Position numbers and translations under genes: made by a program. Below are positions 9,221-18,636 of a DNA stretch of 64,000 nt, piece after piece. Position 1 is the first letter of the stretch. Every line of letters starts with the position of its first letter. Source of the stretch: Candidatus Bathyarchaeota archaeon (GTDB taxonomy: Archaea; Thermoproteota; Bathyarchaeia; Bathyarchaeales; Bathycorpusculaceae); NCBI GenBank assembly GCA_963827165.1, contig CAWGZR010000005.1, forward strand, positions 736,001 through 800,000, written 5' to 3'. Below the pieces are notes generated by a model. It did no database searches and was not told the origin of the DNA. It worked only from the letters and a program-made list of their open reading frames with translations.

Positions 9221-10654
9221 TCAGAAATTTTTTGCAGCCTCCGCTTGTTTTCCCATAATGCAACCTGGGTCAGAATTGAACATGTCACCGTTGTGGTACG
9301 CGGCTGAGCGTGCCCTGCAACCACCGCAGACGTACTTGTAAGTGCATTTTCCGCAAGCTCCCTTGAGGTTGCCTCGGTTCCGCAGTGATTTGAATAGGGG
9401 CGCGTTTAACCAGATGTCTTGGAACTTTTCGGTTTTGAGGTTGCCGACTTTCACTGGCAAAAACACGCAGGGATGAACATCTCCTTGAGGCGACAATGAA
9501 CAGTAGAGTCTGCCAGCCCCGCAGCCGCCAATGAAGTCCGCAAGCGGGACAGCTTTCTTGGTTACTTTGACGGTTTGCATGTGAGCCATAGACATGGTGA
9601 CATCGCCTGTGCCCTCAGGTCCCTGACATTGCAGTCCAACTCGGGCCAGCTGAGGCGCAGTGGTAAGAATTGTTGTTTTGCATCCTTTCGACATGCGGGC
9701 GAGGAGGTAATGCATGAGCTTTTCGCGTTCTTCAGGCGACAAGTCATCGTCGTAGTGTTCTTTGCCCCTGCCTGTGGGGATAAAGTTGAAGTAAGTGAAA
9801 CGTTCCGCGCCGACTTCTTCGGCAAAAGAAACAATCGCTGGAAACTCTTCAAAATTGTTCTTAGTCGCCGTCGAAGCAATACACACGCATAAGTCGGCTT
9901 CAACGCAGTTTTTAAGCCCAGCAACTGCCCTGTCAAATGCGCCTGGTACGCCTCGGAAGTCATCATGCGTCTTCGCAGACGCTCCATCAATGCTGATGTC
10001 AAGGTAATTGACTTTGGCTTGCTTGAGCTTTTGCACGTTTTCCTTGGTCAGCAAAGTGCCATTGGTAGCTACCGAAACGTAAAGTCCTCGGTCAGCAGCA
10101 TACCGAGCAACTTCAAAGAAGTCTTTGCGGGTCAAGGGTTCGCCGCCTGAGAAAGCCAATGCAGTCACCCCCGCGTCTGCAAGCTGATCAACAACCGTCT
10201 TTGCCTGCTCTGTCGTAAGTTCCTTCTCGTCTTCAGCGCCACTGTTCGAGTAGCAGTGTTTGCATCTGAGGTTGCATTTGTGAGTGAAATCCCAAACGAT
10301 AAGGAAGGGGGCATAAAGGGAAATGGGTTTTTTAATGCCAATATAGCCGAAGCTTTTAGTCAAGTTCAAAACCGCTCGGCGTGCGTACGGATCAGAGAGG
10401 AGCTTCTCAACTTTTTCACGTTTTATGTTTAGGCTACGCCTAAGGAACTCAACCCAGAAACCTATGATCTGCGAGTACAGGATGCTGCACTTTGGGCAGA
10501 TGTGCTCTGTTTTTCCCGAGTAAGAATCCAACGCCGCTTCCAGCACGGTTCTGCCACAAGCTTGGCATTTCCGAAGCGATAACCGTAGCATCCGCTTAGT
10601 CATAGGCAGCGTTATCACCGCATTCCAGAAGCTATCATGGCTAAGCAGACTCAT
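9221..10654 (-). CDS. Radical SAM/SPASM protein with N-terminal CxxC...CxxC extension (candidate GMGT synthase Gms-like)
   Basis: APFLIVWDFTHKCNLRCKHC, SGGEP and ATNG motifs. SPASM cysteines GCGAG..C...PC...CGKC...CGGC. N-terminal CQAC/CPKC and DPYARR. Radical SAM/SPASM is secure; the Gms assignment is inference. Confidence 0.85.
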   Translation of the reverse strand: MSLLSHDSFWNAVITLPMTKRMLRLSLRKCQACGRTVLEAALDSYSGKTEHICPKCSILYSQIIGFWVEFLRRSLNIKREKVEKLLSDPYARRAVLNLTKSFGYIGIKKPISLYAPFLIVWDFTHKCNLRCKHCYSNSGAEDEKELTTEQAKTVVDQLADAGVTALAFSGGEPLTRKDFFEVARYAADRGLYVSVATNGTLLTKENVQKLKQAKVNYLDISIDGASAKTHDDFRGVPGAFDRAVAGLKNCVEADLCVCIASTATKNNFEEFPAIVSFAEEVGAERFTYFNFIPTGRGKEHYDDDLSPEEREKLMHYLLARMSKGCKTTILTTAPQLARVGLQCQGPEGTGDVTMSMAHMQTVKVTKKAVPLADFIGGCGAGRLYCSLSPQGDVHPCVFLPVKVGNLKTEKFQDIWLNAPLFKSLRNRGNLKGACGKCTYKYVCGGCRARSAAYHNGDMFNSDPGCIMGKQAEAAKNF

Positions 10655-10720
10655 CCAAGGCAGATCTCCCGAAACACTAACAGGTTTAGAGTAGGCTTTG
10701 ACGGGATGTTAAATATTTCC

Positions 10721-11344
10721 CTAAACATAGACTTTGCTTTTCAGGATTTTTTCCGCTATTTCCAGGTCTTTAAGCGTGTTAATGTTAAGAAGCACTTCAA
10801 GTTCCTGAGTGATCAGGGCGTTTGTTTCTATCTTTCCTTCCATTTGGCATTTTGCGCCGTTGATGACGTTTACACCCGAGACAGCGTACCAATGTCCATT
10901 GTACTCGTCGGTGGAATCAACGGAGAGCCCCAACGATTCGCGTGCCTTGATCGGCACAAAAACCGCGTAGAAGTCAGTGTTGCATTCTTGGAACTGGCCA
11001 ATGATTTTGTCAAGGAAATTGCCTGTGATAGCTGGAGAATCCGCTGGAATCGTCAAAACAGGACCCATCAACTTGGCTTCACGCGTTGCCTGCTTCAAAT
11101 CATTATGATATCCTTTAGCGTCGGTTCGCAGAACCTTCCATCCCCTGCTTAGACAGTGCTTCTCCGTTTCAGGCGTATTCGGGCTAGTTACCACATAAAA
11201 TTCGGAAACCTTTTCGGCACTCGCGACTGCTTCCCCCACCCAGTCTAGTAACGGTTTACCCAGAAAAGGCAAAAGCGGCTTCTCAACCGGTAACCCGATG
11301 CGTATGCCTTTGCCGCCAGCCATAATCAACGCGGGAACCTTCAT
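10721..11344 (-). CDS. cobY: CobY-like NTP transferase (adenosylcobinamide-phosphate guanylyltransferase paralog)
   Basis: MAGGKG.R, EKPL, SPNTP.T, GY..DL and NINT..DL motifs; translationally coupled to a cobS paralog. Confidence 0.8.
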   Translation of the reverse strand: MKVPALIMAGGKGIRIGLPVEKPLLPFLGKPLLDWVGEAVASAEKVSEFYVVTSPNTPETEKHCLSRGWKVLRTDAKGYHNDLKQATREAKLMGPVLTIPADSPAITGNFLDKIIGQFQECNTDFYAVFVPIKARESLGLSVDSTDEYNGHWYAVSGVNVINGAKCQMEGKIETNALITQELEVLLNINTLKDLEIAEKILKSKVYV

Positions 11345-12171
11345 AGAAGAATTAACACGCCCGCAAACAAAATAAGCGTAACTGCGCGAGCCACTTCATT
11401 GGTGGCACCAATCATGTCGCCTGAAACCCCCCCGAAAATCTTTTCTGCAACTTTCTCCATGACCAAAGCCACTGGGATGCTGACCAAAACCAACCCAACC
11501 GCGACTAAGCCCACAATGGGTTTGCCTATCAATGCGAAATAGGGGAAAACAATCAATATGCAGAGTATGTAGGCGATTATGTTGAGTTTGTTTTTTGCCT
11601 TCTGCAGGAAAATTGAGCCTAACCCTTTATGTGTAGGCTTTCCAATCCAAACGATTGTGACCATGGACAGTTTGGCCGACAGTTCTGCGGCGAGGATGGC
11701 TCCGAAAGCGTAAAGCGGGCTTATCAAAAACAAGCCTGCAAAAGCAGCGAACTCGACAACCAACGCCAACACCGCGCCCCAGTAAGTTACAGTCCAAGCA
11801 TGCGCGACCATTTTGCGGTCATGAAGGCTTCTCAGTCCGAAGGCGTTGCCTAGGTCGATTAGGCCGTCAAAATGTTGGAGTCCTGTGAGAACAAGCAGAA
11901 AAGCCACTGTCATCGCGGCGACCGCAAGCTTCGACAATGTGTCAATTGGCAAGGCAACAAGAGGGTTAACTAAACCAAGCAGGAATTGGACAATGACATT
12001 TGCCCCAAGAAAATAGGTGCCTGCAAGCGTGCCAATTAAGCCGCCGATGATGGGAAAAAGGTAAACGTGCTCCGCCGTCGTGAAGATAAAGTCTTCTTTT
12101 CCCCCTGTAGGGATAATTGTTAGGAAAGACAGCAAATCCCTAAAAGTTTTTATAGCTTTCTCAGGGGACAT
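11341..12171 (-). CDS. cobS: CobS-like membrane phosphotransferase (divergent cobamide 5'-phosphate synthase paralog)
   Basis: SFLTIIP, FP.IG, TGLQHFDGLID and GGVSGDMIGATNE motifs. The downstream conserved DG and MxD motifs are substituted. Confidence 0.78.
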   Translation of the reverse strand: MSPEKAIKTFRDLLSFLTIIPTGGKEDFIFTTAEHVYLFPIIGGLIGTLAGTYFLGANVIVQFLLGLVNPLVALPIDTLSKLAVAAMTVAFLLVLTGLQHFDGLIDLGNAFGLRSLHDRKMVAHAWTVTYWGAVLALVVEFAAFAGLFLISPLYAFGAILAAELSAKLSMVTIVWIGKPTHKGLGSIFLQKAKNKLNIIAYILCILIVFPYFALIGKPIVGLVAVGLVLVSIPVALVMEKVAEKIFGGVSGDMIGATNEVARAVTLILFAGVLILL

Positions 12172-12209
12172 ATACCCTACACTAATTAAAAGGAAATATA
12201 GACTTTGTC

Positions 12210-13148
12210 GTGGTAGCTATGGGGGAACTTAAGGGGAGAAAAATACTTGTAACGGGTGGAGCAGGGTTCATCGGATTCCATCTATGTACGCGTCTTTCAG
12301 CTTTATCTTCTGATTTAACGATCTACGATGACTTGTCAAGCGGCAAAATGGAAAACGTCAAAGACGTTGGCAAAGCAAAGTTTGTAGAAGGCAACATTCT
12401 GGATCAAAAAAAGCTGCTTTCACTGGAAAAGCCAGATTTGATTTACCATCTAGCAGCCCAAGTAGTTGTCCCCTACAGCATGGAAAACCCAATGATAGAT
12501 TTTGAAACCAACGCCAAAGGAACCCTGCAAGTTCTGGAAAAAGCCCGCAAAGACGACGCTAAACTCGTCTTTTCATCAAGCGCAGCAGTTTACGGAAATC
12601 CAAGTGTGTTTCCAACACCCGAAACCTACGGGTTCCATCCATTTTCGTGCTACGGATTATCCAAGGTAGTTGGCGAAGAATACTGTGAAATGTACCGTGA
12701 CCAATACGGGTTAGACGTCACCATAATGAGGTTCGCTAACGTCTATGGATTAAGGTGCCACGGTGTAATTCACGACTTTTTAGATAAAATAGCCAAAAAC
12801 CCGAACAAACTTGAGATAATCGGTACGGGGTTGCAGTCCCGCGATTTCGTGCATGTTTCAGATGTGGTTGACGCACTCATAACAGTGGGCTCAGAAGAAT
12901 TCACTAATGGCAGAACCTACAACTTAGGCTATGGGACAACGATAAAAATAATCGATCTCGCCCACCTTATGCTTAAAATTCTAAACTTACAAGATAAAAC
13001 GGTCGTGACAACAACAGGTGTCTCTTGGCAGGGCGACGTAACTACAATATGGTTTGATAATACCAAGGCTAAGAGAGAGTTGAAGTGGAATCCCAAAGTA
13101 AGCCTTGAAGACAGTATCAAAGAAGTCATTGCTGACAGGAAACTATAA
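12210..13148 (+). CDS. NAD-dependent NDP-sugar epimerase/dehydratase (GalE-like extended SDR)
   Basis: TGGAGFIG, HLAA, SSSAAVYG, YGLSK, NVYG and RDFVHVSD motifs. Confidence 0.93.
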   Translation: MVAMGELKGRKILVTGGAGFIGFHLCTRLSALSSDLTIYDDLSSGKMENVKDVGKAKFVEGNILDQKKLLSLEKPDLIYHLAAQVVVPYSMENPMIDFETNAKGTLQVLEKARKDDAKLVFSSSAAVYGNPSVFPTPETYGFHPFSCYGLSKVVGEEYCEMYRDQYGLDVTIMRFANVYGLRCHGVIHDFLDKIAKNPNKLEIIGTGLQSRDFVHVSDVVDALITVGSEEFTNGRTYNLGYGTTIKIIDLAHLMLKILNLQDKTVVTTTGVSWQGDVTTIWFDNTKAKRELKWNPKVSLEDSIKEVIADRKL

Positions 13149-14035
13149 TGGCTGCTCCCGCCCCGGCCAGAGGGCTAATCGCTCTTCTGAGGCTCCCCTA
13201 CTGGCTGATGACAGGCGGCTTATCTCTACTAACCGCGTTCGCAATCGCAAAAAACCCCGCGAACCTAAGCGCACAAACTATTCTGCTGATTTTCTTTTCA
13301 ATGGCATTCATCACGTCGGCGGGCTTCGCGATAAACGATTATTTCGACCGAGAAAGTGACGCCCTTATCAAGCCGAAACGTCCCATACCGTCGGGGGCCT
13401 TATCTTTGAAGCAGGTGATGGCTGTTTCAGGCGTTTTGTTCGCTGCTGGATTAGCTATGTCCTTTTTCATTAACTGGTTAAGTTTCGCAATAATCGCAGC
13501 AGACTCTGCTTTGCTTCTAGTTTACTCAACGCTTGTTAAACGCAAGTCAGGGTTCGCAGCCAACGTTATGGTTGGGATTTTGACGGGCACAGCTTTTATG
13601 TACGGCGAAGCCACAATATCGAGTCCTCCAGCAGTAACCATAATCTCCTTAAGTCTTTACCCCATAGCTCTGGGCACTATCGGCGGCAACGTACTTCGCG
13701 ATGTGCTAAGTCTTGACGGCGACCGAAAAACTGGTTACCCCACACTTCCACAGAAAATCGGCATCGGCAATTCGGCGAAGGCTGCCGCTGGGTTATTCCT
13801 GTTGACCGGTTTGCTTGCGCCTTTGCCTTTTTTCGTAGGCAACTTTAACTTTTACTATTTGATACCCATCGTGGCTTGGAGTGTCCTCTTAATCTACTCG
13901 TCTGTTCGTCTAGTTACCGCTGCTTCAACCGTTGCAAACGTGAGAAAATATGAACGAATAGTAACTATGTCGATGATTCTGCTCCCGCTAGCGTTGATTC
14001 TTCAGGCGGCATCCCACTTGATCGGAGGGCTGTAA
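13148..14035 (+). CDS. UbiA prenyltransferase, DGGGP synthase-like
   Basis: NDYFDRESD...KPKRPIPSG first Asp-rich motif, YS..KR and GD...GY.TLP; multiple transmembrane helices. Confidence 0.85.
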   Translation: MAAPAPARGLIALLRLPYWLMTGGLSLLTAFAIAKNPANLSAQTILLIFFSMAFITSAGFAINDYFDRESDALIKPKRPIPSGALSLKQVMAVSGVLFAAGLAMSFFINWLSFAIIAADSALLLVYSTLVKRKSGFAANVMVGILTGTAFMYGEATISSPPAVTIISLSLYPIALGTIGGNVLRDVLSLDGDRKTGYPTLPQKIGIGNSAKAAAGLFLLTGLLAPLPFFVGNFNFYYLIPIVAWSVLLIYSSVRLVTAASTVANVRKYERIVTMSMILLPLALILQAASHLIGGL

Positions 14036-15508
14036 GTGAGCGAAACCAAAAGCATCTGCCCAGAATGCCAGAAAAAAATAGACGCCCAACTACGGCAAGC
14101 CAACGGTAAAATAAAAATCACCAAGCATTGCCCAGAACACGGCGAATTCGAAGCTACACACTGGCAAAGCACACCCGTCTTTAATCACATGCAAACCTAC
14201 GATCAATTTCAGTACCTGGGAGATTTAAACGCTTCAAAAAACCCTGAAGGTTGCCCCTACGTCTGCGAAACTTGCAACAAGCATGCTTCAGGAACAGTTA
14301 TTGGAGTAATCGACGTGACGAAACGTTGCAACCTTCGTTGCGCAATCTGCTTCTCAACATTTCCCGAGCAAGGTAACGATTACGAGCCAACCAAGGAACA
14401 TCTCATAAAAATGCTTGAGTTCGTGAGCCAAGCAAACCCCAAGCCTCCTGCCATTCTGTTTTCAGGCGGAGAACCCCTTGAACGCGAGGACATGCCCGAA
14501 ATTGTCGGCGCCGCCCACAGACTAAAGTTCATGACTATTCTAGCAACCAACGGGACTCATTTGGTTGACACCCCGGGGCTAGCAAAGAAGCTCAAAGACA
14601 AAGGCTTGAACATTGTTTATTTGTCATTTGACAGCTTCCATGACGATTTTAACAAGAAGATTAGAGGAAAGGCGCTGCTTGAGGAAAAACTCAAAGCAAT
14701 AGAGGTTTGCCGCAAGCATGACATGGAAATCATCTTGGTTAATACGTTGATGAAAAGTCTTAACGATAAGGAAGTTGGCGACATGATACGGTTCGCCGCT
14801 AAAAACACGGACATAGTGCGGGGCTTAATCTTCCAGCCAATAGCCTTCACCGGTAGAGCCACGGAGAACCCTTTCCGCGAAAACTTCCGCGAATGGTCCT
14901 TTGCCGAAGACGTTGAAAAACAAACAGGCGGCGAAATCAAAGCAACCGATTTGTATCCCATGTCAGTTATGACGTCGCCGATCAAGATAATGCGAAAATT
15001 CATGAAAAAGCCTTGGCCCCTGTTTTCATGCAGCCCGCAGTGTGGAATTGTAAACTGGATTTACGTTTCTAAAGAGGGCAAAATGTTCCCTATCAACCGG
15101 TTTGTCAACTTTGATCGTTTCTTCTCAACCATTAGAAAAACTGCCGAGTCCGCCGAATCCAAAGGCAAACTCTCGCTGCTCTCTTCACTGTTTATGGCGT
15201 CTATGCTTTCGATGGATATGCTTCTTGTGACGCAAGAAGTGGGTATGCTTACGCTCCTGAATTCGATCATGCGTATGCATCTTTCACCTTCATATCAGTC
15301 ACTTGGCAAAATCCGAAGAAGAATCTTTCTTTTGGGCTGCATGGCTTTTATGGATTCATATAATTTCGATGTAAACCGCGTAAGACGCTGTGTAGTCCAC
15401 TACATTACACCAGACCTGAAAATCATACCTTTCTGCGCCTACAACAATATCCACCGGGTGGCAATCGAAAAAGAATATGCGGAAAAGCAAAAGAAAACTC
15501 AAGCTTGA
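14036..15508 (+). CDS. tes: Tetraether synthase (Tes/GDGT-MAS, MJ0619-family) radical SAM homolog
   Basis: CPEC...CPEHG metal site, CPYVCETC auxiliary cluster, CNLRCAIC SAM cluster, and C-terminal CSPQCG, MAFMD..NFD, RCVVHY and IPFCAYN. Confidence 0.82.
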   Translation: MSETKSICPECQKKIDAQLRQANGKIKITKHCPEHGEFEATHWQSTPVFNHMQTYDQFQYLGDLNASKNPEGCPYVCETCNKHASGTVIGVIDVTKRCNLRCAICFSTFPEQGNDYEPTKEHLIKMLEFVSQANPKPPAILFSGGEPLEREDMPEIVGAAHRLKFMTILATNGTHLVDTPGLAKKLKDKGLNIVYLSFDSFHDDFNKKIRGKALLEEKLKAIEVCRKHDMEIILVNTLMKSLNDKEVGDMIRFAAKNTDIVRGLIFQPIAFTGRATENPFRENFREWSFAEDVEKQTGGEIKATDLYPMSVMTSPIKIMRKFMKKPWPLFSCSPQCGIVNWIYVSKEGKMFPINRFVNFDRFFSTIRKTAESAESKGKLSLLSSLFMASMLSMDMLLVTQEVGMLTLLNSIMRMHLSPSYQSLGKIRRRIFLLGCMAFMDSYNFDVNRVRRCVVHYITPDLKIIPFCAYNNIHRVAIEKEYAEKQKKTQA

Positions 15509-16029
15509 TTTGTAACTTGAATTGGCAAAACGCAGTAGTCATACGTAAACTGGTATGTGCCGCCATCGGCGGGGTTGAATGTGTACAGTTCAAAAACAAC
15601 CCAGTAGCTGCCGACCTGATTCTCTGTGACTGTGATTGACTGATGCCAGCTTGCTCCATTCTTTAGCGTCATGTTGCATGTTTCGGCGGCTGGGGCGTTC
15701 ACTGGAAAAGAGTTAAGATTCGGGGTTATTTTCACCAAAACTTGGTACTGAACGGTCCAACCCATGTTGTTAACGACGGTTAATGGGACGGTAAAGGTGC
15801 TATTCTGATTGGCGACTAAAAGCTGTGGGTAATTCGCCGCTTTATTTTGTGCGTCAAGCAGGTAAATCGTGCTGTATCCTTCAGGCGCCGGCTTAAAGAT
15901 AACGTAGTAGCCGACAAGCATAGATGAGATGATGATCAAGGCGAGAGCGATGGCGACTAAGTAGCCTTTGTCATCGTTTAAGCCGATTTTCTCTCCAATG
16001 CTTTTGACACGTTCTAACTGTATCCGCAT
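15499..16029 (-). CDS. DUF1616-like membrane-anchored extracellular protein
   Basis: One TM helix, then EGYSTIYLLD...A.NYP and beta-rich VVFELY domain. Confidence 0.7.
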   Translation of the reverse strand: MRIQLERVKSIGEKIGLNDDKGYLVAIALALIIISSMLVGYYVIFKPAPEGYSTIYLLDAQNKAANYPQLLVANQNSTFTVPLTVVNNMGWTVQYQVLVKITPNLNSFPVNAPAAETCNMTLKNGASWHQSITVTENQVGSYWVVFELYTFNPADGGTYQFTYDYCVLPIQVTNQA

Positions 16030-16708
16030 CTAAAAATCCCTTGAATATAGTGCTAAATATTTCTATGCCTGACTTAAATGGTTTAAGTTTGGTCTTCCCA
16101 TATTTGCGCGGTTTGTAAGTCGTGGGGATTTCAACCATATTGTATCCGACTTTGGCGAATTGGACCAGCATTTCGGTGGCAAACGCCATGTCTCCTTCTA
16201 CCAATGGAACGTTGTCGATGCATTCATGTGATATTGCCCTGAACCCTGATTGGGTGTCGCTCAGTAGTTGGCTGTAAAAGAAGTCGTAGACCAAGGTTAT
16301 GATTTTGTTTCCGATAAAATTCGTGAATCCCATGGCTTTTTTCGGGTCAAACATGCGAGTGGCTAAAACCATGTCTGCGTCTTTCTCAAGCATTCTTTCA
16401 ACCAAGCGGTTGATGTGTTTGACCTCGTAGGTTCCGTCGCCGTCAACCATGACTATTATGTTTCCCTTCGCGTTTTTCATACCTGTTCGAAGTGCTATTC
16501 CGTAACCGCGTCTTGGCTCGAGAATTAGCCTGCAAAAACCTGTGTCTTTAATGAGCTCCATTGTCCCGTCTGTAGAGTTGCCGTCGACGACGATGATTTC
16601 GTTTGGGTAAGCTAGCTCTTTGTGGATGGTGTTTACTGCTTCAAGTATGTTTCCTGCCTCGTTGAGTGTCGGAATGACTACCGAAACCAATTCGACTTTT
16701 GATGTCAT
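15971..16708 (-). CDS. GT2 glycosyltransferase (DPM1-like)
   Basis: VVIPTLNE, VDGNSTDGT, GYGIA, DGDGTY and DTQSGFR motifs. Confidence 0.92.
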   Translation of the reverse strand: MTSKVELVSVVIPTLNEAGNILEAVNTIHKELAYPNEIIVVDGNSTDGTMELIKDTGFCRLILEPRRGYGIALRTGMKNAKGNIIVMVDGDGTYEVKHINRLVERMLEKDADMVLATRMFDPKKAMGFTNFIGNKIITLVYDFFYSQLLSDTQSGFRAISHECIDNVPLVEGDMAFATEMLVQFAKVGYNMVEIPTTYKPRKYGKTKLKPFKSGIEIFSTIFKGFLDADTVRTCQKHWRENRLKR

Positions 16709-16751
16709 GGCTAACTCCTATCTTGAAGGCTATACTGTTTTCGCATCATGA

Positions 16752-17909
16752 TTAAATAAGCTCTTCGTATATTTCCACGAGAGATTCAACGTTTCGCTCC
16801 CAGCTATACTTTTCTTCCACCGCTGCTCGAAGCTCCAACCCACACGAGGATAACTCAGCATGGGAATATTCTAAGACTGCCCTAGCCATTGGCTCCGGCT
16901 GATTAGGCGGCACCAAAGTCCCACAATTTTCCATCAGAATTTCCCTTATTCCACCAACGTCTGTAGCTACAACCGGCAAGCCACATGCCATGGCTTCAAG
17001 CGCAACCAAAGGCAAGCCTTCCCCAGATTTTGACGGCAACACAAAGAAGTCAGCCGCGTTATAGCAAAGGGGCAAATCAACGTCGCTGACAAAACCCGTC
17101 AACCGAAAATTATTTTCTATTCCCAGTTGCCGAATTCTTTCTTGAACCCCCTTTTGGTCTGGTCCCTTTCCAACAACAAGGAAAACCAAATTAGGATTCT
17201 TCTTGACTGCAAGGTTCGCGCTTTCAATCAATGTGTCGATGCCGTTCTTGTAAACAAGTCTCCTCACCGTTAAGGCCACAACCGCGTTTTTGGGCATCCT
17301 AAATTTAATTCTCATTTCTTCGCGTTTTCCTGGCAGATGCCTGAAATGGCGCAGGTCCACCCCGTTGTGGATGACTTTGATTTTGTTTGGTTTTGCACCT
17401 AAACCAAGAACGTACTGTTTGGTTGCGTTACTTACAGCGATGATTCTGTCTGCTTCTCTTAGCGTCTCTTTCCCCACAGATAGGTCGTTTAGGCGTTCCA
17501 CGTTGTCGAACATATTGTCGTACTGGATGAACGTGTTGTGCTGGGTCAAAACGAACGGTTTGTTGTATCCTTTTGCAAGTTTAGCAGCGATCAACGAGGT
17601 CAAATATGGGTGGCCGTGTGCGTGGACTATGTCGGCTGCGTTTACGGCTTTAAGGAAAGTTTGTAGGCTTGTCGGGGTCGGGATAGAGTAAGGTATGCCG
17701 AGGCGGAATCCGGTGTTTAACGATTCATAGCACTGGACGTCTATGCCATCAACGGTGTAAGTTTTGGGGGTGTTGATGCGGTTGGTCACAACCATGGGCT
17801 TAAAGTTTAGGTTCATCAGCCGCTTGCTCTGTTCATAAACAACCTTTTCAATCCCGCCAACATGAGGCAGAAAAGTATGCGTAACAATGCATAAACTTGT
17901 TTGAACCAT
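16752..17909 (-). CDS. GT4 (GT-B) glycosyltransferase
   Basis: PHVGGIE, HAH, AVS, HNGVD and EGLPLVALEAMACG motifs. Likely ATG at 17909. Confidence 0.92.
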   Translation of the reverse strand: MVQTSLCIVTHTFLPHVGGIEKVVYEQSKRLMNLNFKPMVVTNRINTPKTYTVDGIDVQCYESLNTGFRLGIPYSIPTPTSLQTFLKAVNAADIVHAHGHPYLTSLIAAKLAKGYNKPFVLTQHNTFIQYDNMFDNVERLNDLSVGKETLREADRIIAVSNATKQYVLGLGAKPNKIKVIHNGVDLRHFRHLPGKREEMRIKFRMPKNAVVALTVRRLVYKNGIDTLIESANLAVKKNPNLVFLVVGKGPDQKGVQERIRQLGIENNFRLTGFVSDVDLPLCYNAADFFVLPSKSGEGLPLVALEAMACGLPVVATDVGGIREILMENCGTLVPPNQPEPMARAVLEYSHAELSSCGLELRAAVEEKYSWERNVESLVEIYEELI

Positions 17910-18636
17910 GGAGCCCAACTGCGTAACCTCCACAACCAACATACGATAATAAGCCTTATGGTAAATCCCCAACCAAGCGCGGAAGATAGAAAAATTTCAG
18001 ACTGAAGTGTCTAACCAAGAAACGGGCGTTCTGAAGCCAATGTTTATAAAACTCTTGGAAGGTGACTAATATTAAATCCGTAATTCGTTTCATGAGCGTA
18101 AATTGAACCTGGATGTTCAAAATTTCATTTTATTCGCTCTTGATGGGGCTTGAATCGGGGTTGAATTTGTAAAATATTGCCAAACTGCGCCTTTATCTTA
18201 CGAAAAAGTGAACTTGTGCACCATGGTTTTGTGGTGACTTTGAACTTGGGTGACGTTGATTTGCAGTGAAAACGCGGTAACTTGACTACGTTCGTAAAAG
18301 TGGTCTGAGTTGAGAGATTGCGCCGCCTTAAAATCGTTTTCAACAGCCACTCAGATGTGAACCGCTGACTAAATAGTAATGCTTATATGAAAAGGTTGGA
18401 TAAACCAACCAGTCGTGGGCTGAATAATTTGTTGAACATCGAGAAAAGACCGTTTGTCCCAATCAACTTTCTAACAACTGACCGATTATCTGGATGTTTG
18501 ATGGCTAAAACCCCGTTTTGTTGCCCAAATTGTTCTGAGATTAACACTTCAAATCATTTGCAGTTTACATTCACTTGGACCCAACGAAGAACAGAAGGTA
18601 AATCGTGAAAGAATATTTAGGGAGGAAGAAATTAAA

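Noticed and set aside
17910-18636. Cobalamin riboswitch or hidden gene upstream of the DUF71-cobT-cobS-cobY operon
   Set aside because: An isolated GCCACT near 18346 lacks the accompanying GGGAA and B12-box elements. ORFs 18125-18343 and 18387-18608 have no recognisable motifs.
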